Notes: generated from the sequence alone by a model not told the origin. A stretch of 63,219 nucleotides of DNA from an uncultured Rhodospirillales bacterium (GCA_903860935.1 CAIOSQ010000269.1:1-63219); one strand, 5' to 3'. Shown: positions 46,335 to 56,860, counted from the stretch's first letter. Numbers and translations: made by a program.

Positions 46335-46769
46335 TCAACGCGCACGCGAGCGCAGCAGCACGAACCGAGCCGCGGCCATGCCAGCGAACATGGCGACCAC
46401 GAAAGGGAGCGCGGCGCCCGATCCCGTGCCGAGCGCCACCAGGGCCGGACCCGGACAGAAGCCGGCAAGGCCCCAGCCGATGCCGAAGATCGCCGGTCCG
46501 ACCAGGATCCGGCGGTCGATCCCCGTCGCGCCAGGCAGGTGGAAGACGCTATCGAAAAGCGGCCGCGGGCGACGCAGCACCACACGGAACCCCAGAAACG
46601 CCACCGCGATCGCACCCGCCATCACGAAGGCGAGGCTGGGGTCCCAGCCACCGCTCGACATCGCACCGATGTCGAGGAAGTTGAGGACTTTCGCCGGATC
46701 CGACATGCCGGCCACGACGAGGCCCACGCCGAGGAGCAGGCCGACGAGGAATTGCGCGACGATGGACAT
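46335..46769 (-). CDS. YeeE/YedE family (sulfur-transport-related) membrane protein, second half-size unit
   Basis: The ATG at 46769 gives a 144-aa, 4-TM-like protein with the GFCPGPALV motif. Confidence 0.75.
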   Translation of the reverse strand: MSIVAQFLVGLLLGVGLVVAGMSDPAKVLNFLDIGAMSSGGWDPSLAFVMAGAIAVAFLGFRVVLRRPRPLFDSVFHLPGATGIDRRILVGPAIFGIGWGLAGFCPGPALVALGTGSGAALPFVVAMFAGMAAARFVLLRSRAR

Positions 46770-46776
46770 GGCAGCC

Positions 46777-47220
46777 TCAGAGGACGTGGCGGACGACGAA
46801 GACCGTCGCGAACGCGGTCGCCATGAAGACGAGCGTCGCGACCAGCGAGCGCAGCGACAGCCGGGACAGGCCGCATACGCCGTGACCGGACGTGCAGCCA
46901 TTGCCCCAGACCGTGCCGAAGCCGACGAGCAACCCGGCGACGACGAGAACCACCGGCCCGGCGGCGATATGCATGACCGGCGCCGCGCCTGTCGTCGCCG
47001 ACAGCACGAGCGGCGCAGCGACGATGCCCGCGACGAAGGCGGCACGCCCCGCCCATCCGTCATCCTCGTAGGGTGGCAGAAGACGCGCAGCGATGCCGCT
47101 GATCCCCGCGATACGCCCGGTGGCGAGCAGAAGGAGGACGGCTGCGGCACCGATCACCGCGCCACCGAGCAGCGCGGCTAGCGGCGTGAACGCAGTCCTG
47201 ACGATTTCGAGCGCGCCCAT
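46777..47220 (-). CDS. YeeE/YedE family (sulfur-transport-related) membrane protein, first half-size unit
   Basis: 147 aa with the [17 protein letters not shown] motif typical of YeeE/YedE. Confidence 0.8.
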   Translation of the reverse strand: MGALEIVRTAFTPLAALLGGAVIGAAAVLLLLATGRIAGISGIAARLLPPYEDDGWAGRAAFVAGIVAAPLVLSATTGAAPVMHIAAGPVVLVVAGLLVGFGTVWGNGCTSGHGVCGLSRLSLRSLVATLVFMATAFATVFVVRHVL

Positions 47221-47318
47221 GTCAGGCCTCCGTCGTGGGGTTTGCGGCGCGGGATCCGTCGCATCTGGATTTGCGAGGCGGCATTGCGGTACTCCTGCGC
47301 ATGGTGTACGAGATCTAT

Positions 47319-47338
47319 ATCTTCGTATCTACGAATAT
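47319..47338. promoter_or_regulatory. imperfect palindrome; candidate operator of the divergent ArsR-family regulator
   Basis: AT-c-TTCGTA-tc-TACGAA-t-AT, with 8 of 9 arm positions complementary. It sits in an AT-rich patch 16 nt upstream of the regulator ATG and about 100 nt upstream of the yeeE-like ATG. Confidence 0.45.
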
Positions 47339-47353
47339 GTCAACGTGAAACAC

Positions 47354-47671
47354 ATGATGCAGGCAGCAGATCTGGCCGACATGGAAGCGAACGCCGAAGC
47401 CGCCGCGCGGCTCCTGGCGACCCTTGCGAACCCGAAACGCCTGCTGGCGCTATGCCACCTGCTCGACGGGGAGATGCCGGTCAACCGCCTCGCGGAGAAG
47501 GTCGGCCTCGCCCCGGCCACCTTGTCGCAGCACCTCGCCCGGATGCGCGACCTGCGCCTGGTCGAAACGCGGCGCGATGGCCAGACGATCCATTACCGCC
47601 TCGCCAGTCCCGAAATCAGGACGATCCTCGCCACGCTCCACGGCATCTATTGCGCGCCGCAGCGAACGTGA
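47354..47671 (+). CDS. ArsR/SmtB family regulator of the SqrR/BigR (persulfide-sensing) type
   Basis: wHTH VNRLAEKVGLAPATLSQHLARMRDLRLV. There are only two Cys, C34 (LALCHLL) and C100 (GIYCAP), 66 residues apart. Confidence 0.75.
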   Translation: MMQAADLADMEANAEAAARLLATLANPKRLLALCHLLDGEMPVNRLAEKVGLAPATLSQHLARMRDLRLVETRRDGQTIHYRLASPEIRTILATLHGIYCAPQRT

Positions 47672-47681
47672 CCTCTGGCGA

Positions 47682-48791
47682 TCAGTGGACCGCCAGGGTG
47701 CAGCGATCGATCTCGTCCCAGTCGAGTTCGGCACCGAGGCCAGGGGTCGCCGGCAGATGCGCGGCGCCGCCCGCGATCGGCAGATTCGTGCGCAGTCCGA
47801 AGGCGAAATCATCGATCGGATAGAGCAGTTCGAAGAAGTCGCAATTGCGGATGGCCCCGCAGCAATGCAGGTTCACGAGTTCCAGCGGGTGGAAGATGGC
47901 CGTGTGGACCTCGCAATTCACCGCGAAGGCCTCTGCGAGACGCGCCGTCTTCATGACGCCGGTGACCCCACCGGTCCATGACACGTCGGCACGCACGCGA
48001 TCGACCACGCGGGTCGATATGCATTCAGCGACGCTGTAGGGATGCTTGGCGAGCACCTCGGTACCGACGACCGGTATCTCGAGGACGCGCGTCAATTCCC
48101 GCAACGCATGCATGTCCTCGTCGAAGAGCGGTTCCTCGTACCAATGGTAGCCGAGTTTCTCGAGGCCGCGGCCGAAACGCACCGCCTGTTCCAGGTTGTA
48201 ACAGGAGACCGGATCGGACATGAGCTTGAACTCCGGTCCGACCGCCTCGCGGGCCAACCGGTGCGCTTCCAGATCGGCCTCCCAGGATTTGCCGGGCGTG
48301 TGCAGCTTGTAGCCCGCCAGTCCCTGCGCCTTGGCGCGCGCGGCCTCTTCGCCATACGCCGCCAGCGACGGCAGGATCATGGAACTCGCATAGACGGGCA
48401 CGGTGTCGCGATAGCCTCCGAGATATTTCCACAGGGGCTGACCGGCGCGTTGCGCACCCAGGATCCAGAGGCAGCAATCGAAGGGACCATAGGCATAGAT
48501 CGGCAGGTGTCCCCACCAGCGATCGGCCATCCGGAAATCGTGCCATGCGCGCTCGCGATCCAACGCGTCGCGGCCCAGGAAGAACGGCCGCAGCGTGTCC
48601 GCGACGAGGCGCCCCGCACCCTCGGCCGAGCGCCCGGCGAAACCGAACATCGAGGCGCTTTCGCCGTCCTCGGTGTGGAGCGTCACGACGAGGAATTCGA
48701 AGCCTTTGAAATCGCCGGTCCGGAACGCGCTCGCCGGAAACCGCTCAGGTCCACGGCGGCAACTCCTGACGTCGACCTTGGTGATGCGCAT
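47682..48791 (-). CDS. enolase-superfamily enzyme, mandelate racemase/muconate lactonizing family (acid-sugar dehydratase-like)
   Basis: Barrel motifs GYKLHTPGK, LMSDPVSCYN, YEEPL, VVGTEVL, RADVSWTGGVTG, NCEVHT. Confidence 0.8.
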   Translation of the reverse strand: MRITKVDVRSCRRGPERFPASAFRTGDFKGFEFLVVTLHTEDGESASMFGFAGRSAEGAGRLVADTLRPFFLGRDALDRERAWHDFRMADRWWGHLPIYAYGPFDCCLWILGAQRAGQPLWKYLGGYRDTVPVYASSMILPSLAAYGEEAARAKAQGLAGYKLHTPGKSWEADLEAHRLAREAVGPEFKLMSDPVSCYNLEQAVRFGRGLEKLGYHWYEEPLFDEDMHALRELTRVLEIPVVGTEVLAKHPYSVAECISTRVVDRVRADVSWTGGVTGVMKTARLAEAFAVNCEVHTAIFHPLELVNLHCCGAIRNCDFFELLYPIDDFAFGLRTNLPIAGGAAHLPATPGLGAELDWDEIDRCTLAVH

Positions 48792-48892
48792 CGCTCGTCC
48801 TTTCCCAATGGCTGGCTCCGGCAGCGTGATCGTCCGAGGCGGAACCGCCGGAGATCTGAATCACGCCAAGAAACAAAGAGCCGGAACATGAT

Positions 48893-50314
48893 CTAGGCTT
48901 GCGCCCAACTGCGGGACAGCGCGACCGCATGACCGAACCGCTCATGCAGTCGCGTATCCAGTGGCGCCTCCGGCTCCACGCGCAGCGCGGCACCGGGACC
49001 AGGCCGCTCGCCGCGCCCCGTCGCCGCAAGGCAGAGATGCAGCACGCCCAGCGCCGTCATATCGGCCGATCCGGCGACGTCGATCGGACGACCGAGCGCG
49101 GCGGCGAGGAAGCGCGTGAAGAATATGCTGCGGCTGAGTCCGCCATCGATGCCGATGCGCCGCACGCCGCCGAGACGGACCTCCAGCGCGCGTACCAGTT
49201 CGGCGGACCTGAGCGCGATACCCTCGAGCACCGCGCGGCGCAGATCCGCGGCGCTGGTCGCGAGATCGAGCCCGAGCCAGCATCCGCGCGCCGCACGATC
49301 CCAATGCGGACAACCCAGCCCCGCGAGTGCGGGCACGAACACGATGCCACGCTCGAGGGCGGAAGGACCGACGAAGCCATCGAGGTCGCCATGACCCGTC
49401 AGCAGACCAAGTTCGCCGAGCCATTCGACGGCGCCACCCGCGGTCAGGATGCCGCCATCGAGCGCATAGCGCGCAGGGCCGTCGCCGATCCGCCAGGCGC
49501 AGGTCGGCAGCAACCCGTCCGCGCTCCTATGCGCGGGGACAGCGTCGCAGAGCGCAAGGGCGAAGGCACCGGTGCCGAAGGTGATCTTCATGTCGCCCGT
49601 ATCGCCGCATCCATGGCCGAACAGGGCGGCCTGCTGGTCGACCACGCTGGCGACGACCTGCCCGCCACCGGGAAGACTGCCGAAATCCGCGGTGGTCGGA
49701 CGGATCTCCGGCAGGCACTCCATCGGGACGCCGAAGGCGGCGCATAGTTCCGCATCCCAGGCCAGGGTCCGAAGATCCATCAGGCTGGTCCGCGACGCCG
49801 TGGACGCATCCGTCGCACAGCGCCCCGTCAACGCATGCAGGAAAAACGCATCGCTCGTCCCGAGACGAAGGCGGCCTTGCGCGCGCAGCGCCTGCGCGCC
49901 ATCCGCGTTGTCGAGCAGCCAGCGCAGCTTCGAGGCCGAGAAATAGGCGTCGAGCGGCAAGCCCGCGCGCGCGCGGATCAACGCCTCGACGCCGGTGGCA
50001 CGCAAGGCCGCGATCTGGTCGTCGGTGCGCTCGTCCTGCCAGACCAACGCGTTGTGAAGCGGGCGCAGCGTCGCCGCGTCCCAGGCGACCACCGTCTCGC
50101 CCTGGTTGGCGAGGCCGGCATGGGCGACGGGACCGGCGGCCTCGGCGAGGCTGCGGAGATGGCCGAGGATCTCGACCGGGTCGTGCTCGACCCAGCCCGG
50201 ACGCGGCCGGATCTGTCGATGGGTGAAGCGTCCCAGCGGTCGCAGGGATCCATCGCGCCAGAGATACGCCTTGGTTCCGGTCGTCCCCTGATCGAGCGCG
50301 AGGATCCCGGTCAT
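48893..50314 (-). CDS. glycerol-kinase-like FGGY family carbohydrate kinase
   Basis: ILALDQGTTGTKA ... PGWVEHDPVEI ... NQGETVVAWD ... ALVWQDERT. TAG stop. The ATG overlaps the upstream stop (ATGA). Confidence 0.85.
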   Translation of the reverse strand: MTGILALDQGTTGTKAYLWRDGSLRPLGRFTHRQIRPRPGWVEHDPVEILGHLRSLAEAAGPVAHAGLANQGETVVAWDAATLRPLHNALVWQDERTDDQIAALRATGVEALIRARAGLPLDAYFSASKLRWLLDNADGAQALRAQGRLRLGTSDAFFLHALTGRCATDASTASRTSLMDLRTLAWDAELCAAFGVPMECLPEIRPTTADFGSLPGGGQVVASVVDQQAALFGHGCGDTGDMKITFGTGAFALALCDAVPAHRSADGLLPTCAWRIGDGPARYALDGGILTAGGAVEWLGELGLLTGHGDLDGFVGPSALERGIVFVPALAGLGCPHWDRAARGCWLGLDLATSAADLRRAVLEGIALRSAELVRALEVRLGGVRRIGIDGGLSRSIFFTRFLAAALGRPIDVAGSADMTALGVLHLCLAATGRGERPGPGAALRVEPEAPLDTRLHERFGHAVALSRSWAQA

Positions 50315-51516
50315 GCGAGTTCCACCGTCAGCGCCGCGGCATCGCGCAGCGTCGCGGCCGCTACGTCGAGCCGCAACCGGCGCTCAGGCAGGGCACGCAC
50401 GCGGCGCTCATGCACGGCGCGCCCGTCGGCCAGCACCCGCAACCATCCATCATGGGCCGTCGCAGCGCGCGCGTGGAGCGTTGCGCCGCCCGCGTCGCGC
50501 ACGAGGCGCTGCGGATAGGCGTAACGCAATGCGCCCCCCGCCTCCACCGGCAACCCCTCCGCGAAAGGCGGCAAAGCGCCTGCGAGGGCCTTCAGGATCG
50601 CCTGTGCCGCCGCCCTGCCTTCGCGCGCCACGAAGCCGGAATGCTCGACCGGACGCACCGCGTTGCCGGCCGCGAACACGGCGCCCTCGCCACAGCGCCA
50701 GGCGCTGTCGATGACGGGACCACCCGTGCCGCGATCGATCGCGATGTCGCTCGCGCGCGCGAGCGCGGCATCCGGAACGAAGCGCCCGCTGAGCACGACG
50801 CCGTCGCAGGCGATCCGCTCCACACGCCCGCCGCACTCGACGCGCACCGCCTCGACCCGCTCCGCGCCGTCGATCGCGAGCAGTCGCGTTCGCAGCAGAA
50901 CGGGCACGCCGAAGACATGCCGCGCGACGAGATCCGCCGGACGATGAGCGAGGATCCGCGGCCCAGGTTCGATCATCGCGACCGGCCTGATCCGCGCATG
51001 ACGCGCCGTGAGGAGAGCGGAAAACGCGACCCATTCGGTCCCGACGATGACCGGAGCGTGAAACGGCGGCGGGGATCCAGCCGCGACCATGTCCTGGAAG
51101 GCACCGGTATTGAGGACGCCCCAGGGCCGGGATCCGGAGATCGCGCGCGCCGCGCGGGACATCTCGCGGATGCCGGTGGCGATCAGCACGGCGCGCGCGC
51201 CGACAGGCGCATGCCCCTCGGAACGCGCCACCCCGACCGTGCCATCGGCGCCGATCGACGTCGCAGCCGCACCGGTCACGATCTCGACACCCGCGGCCAT
51301 CGCGGCCTCGGCAAGGCGCCTCGCATAGGAAGGGCCAGTCCAGACGCGCCCGAAATCGAGCATGCCCCAGCCGGGATGGAGGCAGGAGCGCGGCAGACCG
51401 CCCGGCTCGGTGGCGCGCTCGAGAACGCGCACATCGCGCAAGCCCGCTTCGGCGAGGCAGCGCGCCGCGCTGAGGCCCGCAGGACCAGCGCCGACGATCA
51501 CGACGGGCCGCGTCAT
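50311..51516 (-). CDS. NAD(P)/FAD-dependent oxidoreductase (pyridine-nucleotide-disulfide-oxidoreductase-like)
   Basis: ATG at 51516 (ATGA overlap). VVIVGAGPAGLSAARCLAEAG dinucleotide fold, a second degenerate Rossmann segment, and VFAAGNA. Confidence 0.75.
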   Translation of the reverse strand: MTRPVVIVGAGPAGLSAARCLAEAGLRDVRVLERATEPGGLPRSCLHPGWGMLDFGRVWTGPSYARRLAEAAMAAGVEIVTGAAATSIGADGTVGVARSEGHAPVGARAVLIATGIREMSRAARAISGSRPWGVLNTGAFQDMVAAGSPPPFHAPVIVGTEWVAFSALLTARHARIRPVAMIEPGPRILAHRPADLVARHVFGVPVLLRTRLLAIDGAERVEAVRVECGGRVERIACDGVVLSGRFVPDAALARASDIAIDRGTGGPVIDSAWRCGEGAVFAAGNAVRPVEHSGFVAREGRAAAQAILKALAGALPPFAEGLPVEAGGALRYAYPQRLVRDAGGATLHARAATAHDGWLRVLADGRAVHERRVRALPERRLRLDVAAATLRDAAALTVELA

Positions 51517-52925
51517 CGCCGCGCCTCCGGATCCGCGGCGAGCGCAGCGGGTCCGCCGATCCGTGGCGTGGCGATCTCGAGGACGCGGCGCGTGCAATGG
51601 AATCCCTGGCAGCGACCAAGCATGCACCGGGTGCGGCGCTTGAGACCGCCCAGGTCGCCGGCAGGCAACGGGCCGTCGAGCGCGGCCTCCAGCTCCGCCC
51701 GTGTCACCATCTCGCAATGGCAGACGATCTCGCCGCGACCGGGCGTCTGCCAGGGGCGCGGGCTCTCCTCGGCGAGATTCGGCACCCGCACCGGGATCGG
51801 TTCCGGCCGGGGCGGCAGCGGTCCGAAATGCGCGGCATGCAACGACGCCACATGATCTGCCAGCCCGAGCGACGCGGTCAGCCCGGTCGACCGGATCCCG
51901 CTGACCGTGATCCAGCGCCGCTCCGGCAAGGCTTCGACGATGAAATCCTTGACCTGCGTCGCGGGACGCAGACCGGCATAGGCCGCGGTGACGGGTTCGT
52001 CGGCAAGGGCCGGAACGAGCCGCGCGCCTTGCGCGCGCAATACCTCCAGCGTCGCGCCGTCGACCGACGTGTCACGGCGATCCTCCTGATCTTCGGCGGT
52101 CGGACCGACGATCACGTTGCCGAACGCGGTCGGAGAGACAAGAACGCCCTTGGTCCGCTCGTTGGGTACCGGCAGGACGATCCCGCGGACATGGCGGCGC
52201 GCGGTCTTGTCGAGGACGACGAACTGTCCCTTGCGCGGCCGTATCGCGAAGGGGCTGGGGCGTGCGATCGCCTCGACGAGGTCGCCATAAAGCCCCGCGC
52301 AATTCACGACCACGCGGGCACGCAGCGTGCCCGCGGTGGTCGCGAGACGCCAGCCATGCGCGTCCGGCTGTCCGCCCGTGACCTCGACACCGCGCAGGAC
52401 CAGCGCGCCATGGGCCACCGCCTGGAGCGCATAGGCGAGCGGCGCCGACCAGGGATCGATCACTGCCTCGCCAGGGACGACGACCGCGCCGAGTGCGCCA
52501 GCCGCCAGTCCTGGCTCAAACCTGTAGATGTCCGGCACGGCCACGATCCGCGCATCCTCGACGCCATTCGCGCGGGCCCGGGCGACGATCTCCGGCAACT
52601 GGGCCAGCTCGGCCGGTGTCCAGGCGACCAGCAACGCGCCGGTCTCGAGGAGCGGAAGGCCGAACGCCGCATGGAGCGCGCGATACAGCGCATGACCGTC
52701 GCGCACGCACGCGGCCTCCAGGCTGCCTGGAATCGCATCGAACCCGGTATGCAGGATCGCGCTATTGGCCTTGCTCGCCCCCGAAAGGATGTCGCGACCG
52801 CGTTCGATCAACGCGACGCCGAGACCGGCGAGCGCAAAAGCGCGCGCGATCGCGCACCCGACGACGCCGGCACCGATCACGGCAACGTCGTGACGCTCGT
52901 CGCGGCGCGACACGCGCGGGGGCAT
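51513..52925 (-). CDS. FAD-dependent oxidoreductase (glycerol-3-phosphate dehydrogenase / LhgO-like) with a C-terminal BFD-like [2Fe-2S] domain
   Basis: DVAVIGAGVVGCAIARAFA ... SGASKANSAILHTGFDA. The C-terminus is CHCEMVT...RCMLGRCQGFHC. The ATG at 52925 has GGAG upstream; the ATG at 52946 is an alternative. Confidence 0.8.
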   Translation of the reverse strand: MPPRVSRRDERHDVAVIGAGVVGCAIARAFALAGLGVALIERGRDILSGASKANSAILHTGFDAIPGSLEAACVRDGHALYRALHAAFGLPLLETGALLVAWTPAELAQLPEIVARARANGVEDARIVAVPDIYRFEPGLAAGALGAVVVPGEAVIDPWSAPLAYALQAVAHGALVLRGVEVTGGQPDAHGWRLATTAGTLRARVVVNCAGLYGDLVEAIARPSPFAIRPRKGQFVVLDKTARRHVRGIVLPVPNERTKGVLVSPTAFGNVIVGPTAEDQEDRRDTSVDGATLEVLRAQGARLVPALADEPVTAAYAGLRPATQVKDFIVEALPERRWITVSGIRSTGLTASLGLADHVASLHAAHFGPLPPRPEPIPVRVPNLAEESPRPWQTPGRGEIVCHCEMVTRAELEAALDGPLPAGDLGGLKRRTRCMLGRCQGFHCTRRVLEIATPRIGGPAALAADPEARR

Positions 52926-53096
52926 GAGAACTCCAGCGTCCGGCATGGCGCCACGTTAGGCGCCGCCACTCCCCGCCAGCAAGCGTCGCGGGGCGGCGGT
53001 TGCGTCGACATGGCGGTAGCGATTATTCAGACCCTTGATGCAAACGCGCCCGCCCGGGATCTCCCGATGCGCATGGCGCAAGACCGGAGGCTCGCC

Positions 53097-53867
53097 GTGA
53101 CCCAGATCTTCTCGCTCGATGGCAAGGTGGCGCTCGTGACGGGCGCCTCGCGCGGCCTCGGCCGCGCCATGGCGCTGGCCCTCGCGCGCTGCGGCGCGAC
53201 CGTCGTCGTCAATGGCCGAAACATGGACGGGATCGCGGCCACGCGCGATGCGATCCTCGCCGCCGGTGGCAAGGCCTCCGCCCTCGCCTTCGACACCACG
53301 GACGCGACCGCGGCCGCGGCCGCGATCGACAGGATCGAAGCCGATCACGGGCATCTCGACATCCTGGTCAACAATGCCGGGTACGGGAATGGCCGCACGG
53401 CCAGCGAAACCAGCGACGCCCAGTGGGACGAGATCGTCGGCGTCGACCTCAATGCGTGCTTCCGCCTCGCCCGGCTCGCCTCAGTCGGGATGATCAGGCG
53501 CGGCTGGGGCCGCATCATCAACATCTCGTCGATCAACGCCCATATCGCGCGCGAGGCGAACACGAGCTACTGCGCCGCGAAGGCCGGGCTCGAGGGCATG
53601 ACCCGCGCACTGGCCGTCGAGTGGGGACCGAAGGGGATCACGGTCAACGCGATCGCGCCCGGCTACATGATGACGCCCGACAACATGGACACGCCGCTGC
53701 GCGCCGATCCCGCGAAGCGCGACTGGTTCGCGCAGCGCACCGCGCTGCGCCGCTGGGGACAGGCCGACGAACTCGACGGCGCGGTCGTCTTCCTCGCCGG
53801 TGACGCGTCGGCCTATTGCACCGGCCACGTGCTGATCGTCGACGGCGGGATGAGCGTGAAGATCTGA
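53097..53867 (+). CDS. short-chain dehydrogenase/reductase (gluconate-5-dehydrogenase / KduD-like)
   Basis: GKVALVTGASRGLG, NNAG, S...YCAAK catalytic tetrad region. GTG at 53097 with GGAGG 7 nt upstream; the ATGs at 53067 and 53073 are alternatives. Confidence 0.85.
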   Translation: MTQIFSLDGKVALVTGASRGLGRAMALALARCGATVVVNGRNMDGIAATRDAILAAGGKASALAFDTTDATAAAAAIDRIEADHGHLDILVNNAGYGNGRTASETSDAQWDEIVGVDLNACFRLARLASVGMIRRGWGRIINISSINAHIAREANTSYCAAKAGLEGMTRALAVEWGPKGITVNAIAPGYMMTPDNMDTPLRADPAKRDWFAQRTALRRWGQADELDGAVVFLAGDASAYCTGHVLIVDGGMSVKI

Positions 53868-53892
53868 CCGCCGCGGCGACGCGGCACGCGGA

Positions 53893-55098
53893 TCAGACCC
53901 GTTCGACGATCAGCGCTATGCCCTGCCCGACCCCGACGCACATCGTGCACAGGGCATAGCGCCCGCCGCGACGCCGCATCTCATAGGTCGCGGTGGTCAC
54001 CAGCCGCGCCCCGCTCATGCCGAGCGGGTGCCCGATGGCGATAGCGCCGCCATTCGGGTTGACGTGCTCCGCATCGTCCGGAAGCCCGAGTTCGCGCGTA
54101 ACGGCCAGCGCCTGTGCGGCGAACGCCTCGTTGAGCTCGATGACGTCCATCTGTCCGAGGGCCAGGCCCGCGCGGCCGAGCACCTTGCGGATCGCGGGCA
54201 CCGGACCGATCCCCATGATCCGCGGCTCCACCCCTGCCGCGGCCATGGCCACAATGCGCGCGCGCGGAGTCAGGCCCTGTTCCGCCGCGGCGTGCGACGA
54301 CGCGATGACCATGGCTGCCGCCCCATCGTTGACGCCGGAGGCGTTGCCCGCCGTCACGCTCAGATCCGGACCATTGATGCCCTTGAGCTTGGCCAGTTGT
54401 GCGGCGGTGGTGTCGGGACGCGGGTGCTCGTCGGTGGCGACGACGAGCGGGTCACCCTTTTTCTGCGGGATCCGCACCGGTACGATCTCGTCCGCAAAGA
54501 CGCCGCGCGCCTGCGCCGCGGCCCAACGCTGCTGGCTGCGCAGGGCGAAGGCGTCTTGATCGGCGCGCGGGATCGCGAAATCGGCCGCGACGTGATCGGC
54601 CGTCTCGGGCATGGCGTGCGTGCCATGCGCCGCCTTCATCCGCGGGTTGACGAAGCGCCATCCGATCGTCGTGTCGTGCACGGCGCTCGTCCGCGCGAAG
54701 GCGGTATCGGCCTTCGGCATCACGAAGGGCGCGCGCGTCATGCTCTCGACGCCACCGGCAATCGTGAGGTCGCAATCGCCCGCCCGGATCGCCCGTGCCG
54801 CCATGCCGATCGCATCCATGCCGGACCCGCAGAGCCGGTTCACCGTCGTGGCCGGCACGGCGACCGGCATTCCGGCGAGCAGCACCGCCATGCGGGCGAC
54901 ATTGCGGTTGTCTTCGCCCGCCTGATTGGCGCAGCCGAAGACCACGTCGTCCACGCGCGCCCAGTCGACCGACGGGTTCCGCTCCATCAGGGCCGCGAGC
55001 GGGATCGCCGCAAGATCGTCGGCGCGCACCGTCGCGAGCGCGCCCGCGTAGCGGCCGATCGGCGTCCTCACGGCGTCGCAGATGAATGCCTCTGACAT
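53893..55098 (-). CDS. 3-oxoadipyl-CoA / acetyl-CoA C-acyltransferase (PcaF/PaaJ-like thiolase)
   Basis: ATG at 55098 after [21 protein letters not shown] ... [12 protein letters not shown] ... [20 protein letters not shown] ... CVGVGQG. Confidence 0.9.
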   Translation of the reverse strand: MSEAFICDAVRTPIGRYAGALATVRADDLAAIPLAALMERNPSVDWARVDDVVFGCANQAGEDNRNVARMAVLLAGMPVAVPATTVNRLCGSGMDAIGMAARAIRAGDCDLTIAGGVESMTRAPFVMPKADTAFARTSAVHDTTIGWRFVNPRMKAAHGTHAMPETADHVAADFAIPRADQDAFALRSQQRWAAAQARGVFADEIVPVRIPQKKGDPLVVATDEHPRPDTTAAQLAKLKGINGPDLSVTAGNASGVNDGAAAMVIASSHAAAEQGLTPRARIVAMAAAGVEPRIMGIGPVPAIRKVLGRAGLALGQMDVIELNEAFAAQALAVTRELGLPDDAEHVNPNGGAIAIGHPLGMSGARLVTTATYEMRRRGGRYALCTMCVGVGQGIALIVERV

Positions 55099-55111
55099 CG
55101 GTGCGCTCCTT

Positions 55112-56839
55112 TCAGCCTGACTTCGCTTCGCGATACTGGCGCAGCGCCTCGTCGACACTCGACACGTACACCACCGCCGGAGAGCGGATACCGTGGACCA
55201 GCAAGGCCCTGCGCGCCTCCGGGTCCGCGCCGGCGACGAACAGCCGCACACCGCGCCGCCCAGCCTTGTGCGCCAGCCCCTCGATGACATGCGCGCCCGT
55301 GGAATCGAGAAACGGGACGGCCGCGAAATCGATCACCAGCGCGCGATGGGAATCCGAAATCCGGTCGAGGACCGAGCCGATCGACGAGGCCGCCCCGAAG
55401 AAGAACGCGCCGGTGATGCGGTAGACGACGATCTCCGGATCGGCACCCCCGGCAGCGCCGGGCCCCACGCCTGGGGCCATCGCGTCGGGAATGTCCTCGC
55501 CCACCAGCGGCGTCCGTGCCTCCACGCCCGTGGCCCGTGACATGCGATGGATGAACAGCACCGACCCCAGGGCGAACCCGACCACGATCGCCTCGGTCAG
55601 GTCGCGCAGAACGGTCAGCAGGAAGGTGGCGGCGAGCACCGCGGCGTCGCCCCATCCCGATCGCACGAGCGCGCCGATCGCCGTGCGCTCCACCATGTTC
55701 CACGACACCACCACGAGCACGCCCGCGAGCGCCGCCAGCGGAACGAAGGCGGCGAGCGGTGCCGCGATCGCCATGAAGGCCAGTAGGAACACCGCATGCA
55801 GCATGCCCGCGACGGGCCCCTGCGCGCCCGCACGCACGTTCGTCGCCGTGCGCGCGATCGTGCCGGTCACGCAGAACCCGCCGAACAGCGCGGTTCCGAC
55901 ATTGGCGATTCCCTGTGCGACCAGCTCACAATTCGATCTGTGCCGGCGTCCGCTCATGCCGTCGGCAACGACGGCGGAGAGCAGCGACTCGATCGCCCCC
56001 AGAAGCGTGAAGGAGACGGCCGACGGCAGAACCTCGACGATCCGCGCCATCGACAGGTCGGGCAGCGCCGGTGCGGGCAGGCCGCTCGGTATCCCGCCGA
56101 ACTGCGAACCGATGGTCGACACGTTCAGCCCGAGCACCGCCGTGGCCATCGATGCCCCCACCACGCCCAGCAGCATGCCCGGCCAATGGGGACGGACGAT
56201 CCTGAGGACGACGATGACGGCGGCCGTGCCCAGGGACAGCGCGATCGCCGCCGGCGACGCGCTCGGCAAGGCGCTCCACAAGGCCGGCAGCTTCTCGAGC
56301 AGCGGCCCCGGCTCCGGGCCGTCCAGGACGAGCCCCAGCAACTCGCGCAGCTGGCTCGCGAAGATGATGACGGCGATCCCCGCAGTGAAGCCGACGGTGA
56401 CCGGAAACGGAATGAACTTGATGAACGTGCCGAGACGCAGCCACCCGATGGCCGACAACATCAGTCCCGACAGGAAGGTCGCGAGGATCAGCCCGTCCAT
56501 CCCGTGGCGCGCGACGGTCGCACCCACCAGAACGATGAAGGCACCGGCGGGGCCGCCGATCTGGAATCGTGATCCACCGAGAGCCGATACCAAGAACCCT
56601 CCGACGATCGCGGTGTAGAGGCCCTGGGCGGGGCTCGCGCCCGACGCGATGGCGATCGCCATCGAAAGCGGAAGCGCGACGATCGCGACGGTCAGCCCGG
56701 CGAACGCATCCTTGCGGAGCTTGTCGATGCCGTAGCCTTCGCGCAACACGGTGACGAGCTTCGGGGTGAAGAGATCGGCGAACCCCGTGGTGTCCGCTGG
56801 CGCGGCCGCGCCGCGCATGCCGTGATGGTATCGCGCCAT
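55112..56839 (-). CDS. SulP family anion transporter with a C-terminal STAS domain
   Basis: [21 protein letters not shown], the polytopic core, and a C-terminal STAS domain ([14 protein letters not shown]...[13 protein letters not shown]). Confidence 0.9.
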   Translation of the reverse strand: MARYHHGMRGAAAPADTTGFADLFTPKLVTVLREGYGIDKLRKDAFAGLTVAIVALPLSMAIAIASGASPAQGLYTAIVGGFLVSALGGSRFQIGGPAGAFIVLVGATVARHGMDGLILATFLSGLMLSAIGWLRLGTFIKFIPFPVTVGFTAGIAVIIFASQLRELLGLVLDGPEPGPLLEKLPALWSALPSASPAAIALSLGTAAVIVVLRIVRPHWPGMLLGVVGASMATAVLGLNVSTIGSQFGGIPSGLPAPALPDLSMARIVEVLPSAVSFTLLGAIESLLSAVVADGMSGRRHRSNCELVAQGIANVGTALFGGFCVTGTIARTATNVRAGAQGPVAGMLHAVFLLAFMAIAAPLAAFVPLAALAGVLVVVSWNMVERTAIGALVRSGWGDAAVLAATFLLTVLRDLTEAIVVGFALGSVLFIHRMSRATGVEARTPLVGEDIPDAMAPGVGPGAAGGADPEIVVYRITGAFFFGAASSIGSVLDRISDSHRALVIDFAAVPFLDSTGAHVIEGLAHKAGRRGVRLFVAGADPEARRALLVHGIRSPAVVYVSSVDEALRQYREAKSG

Positions 56840-56860
56840 GGCGCTCCCCCGCCGGAAGAC

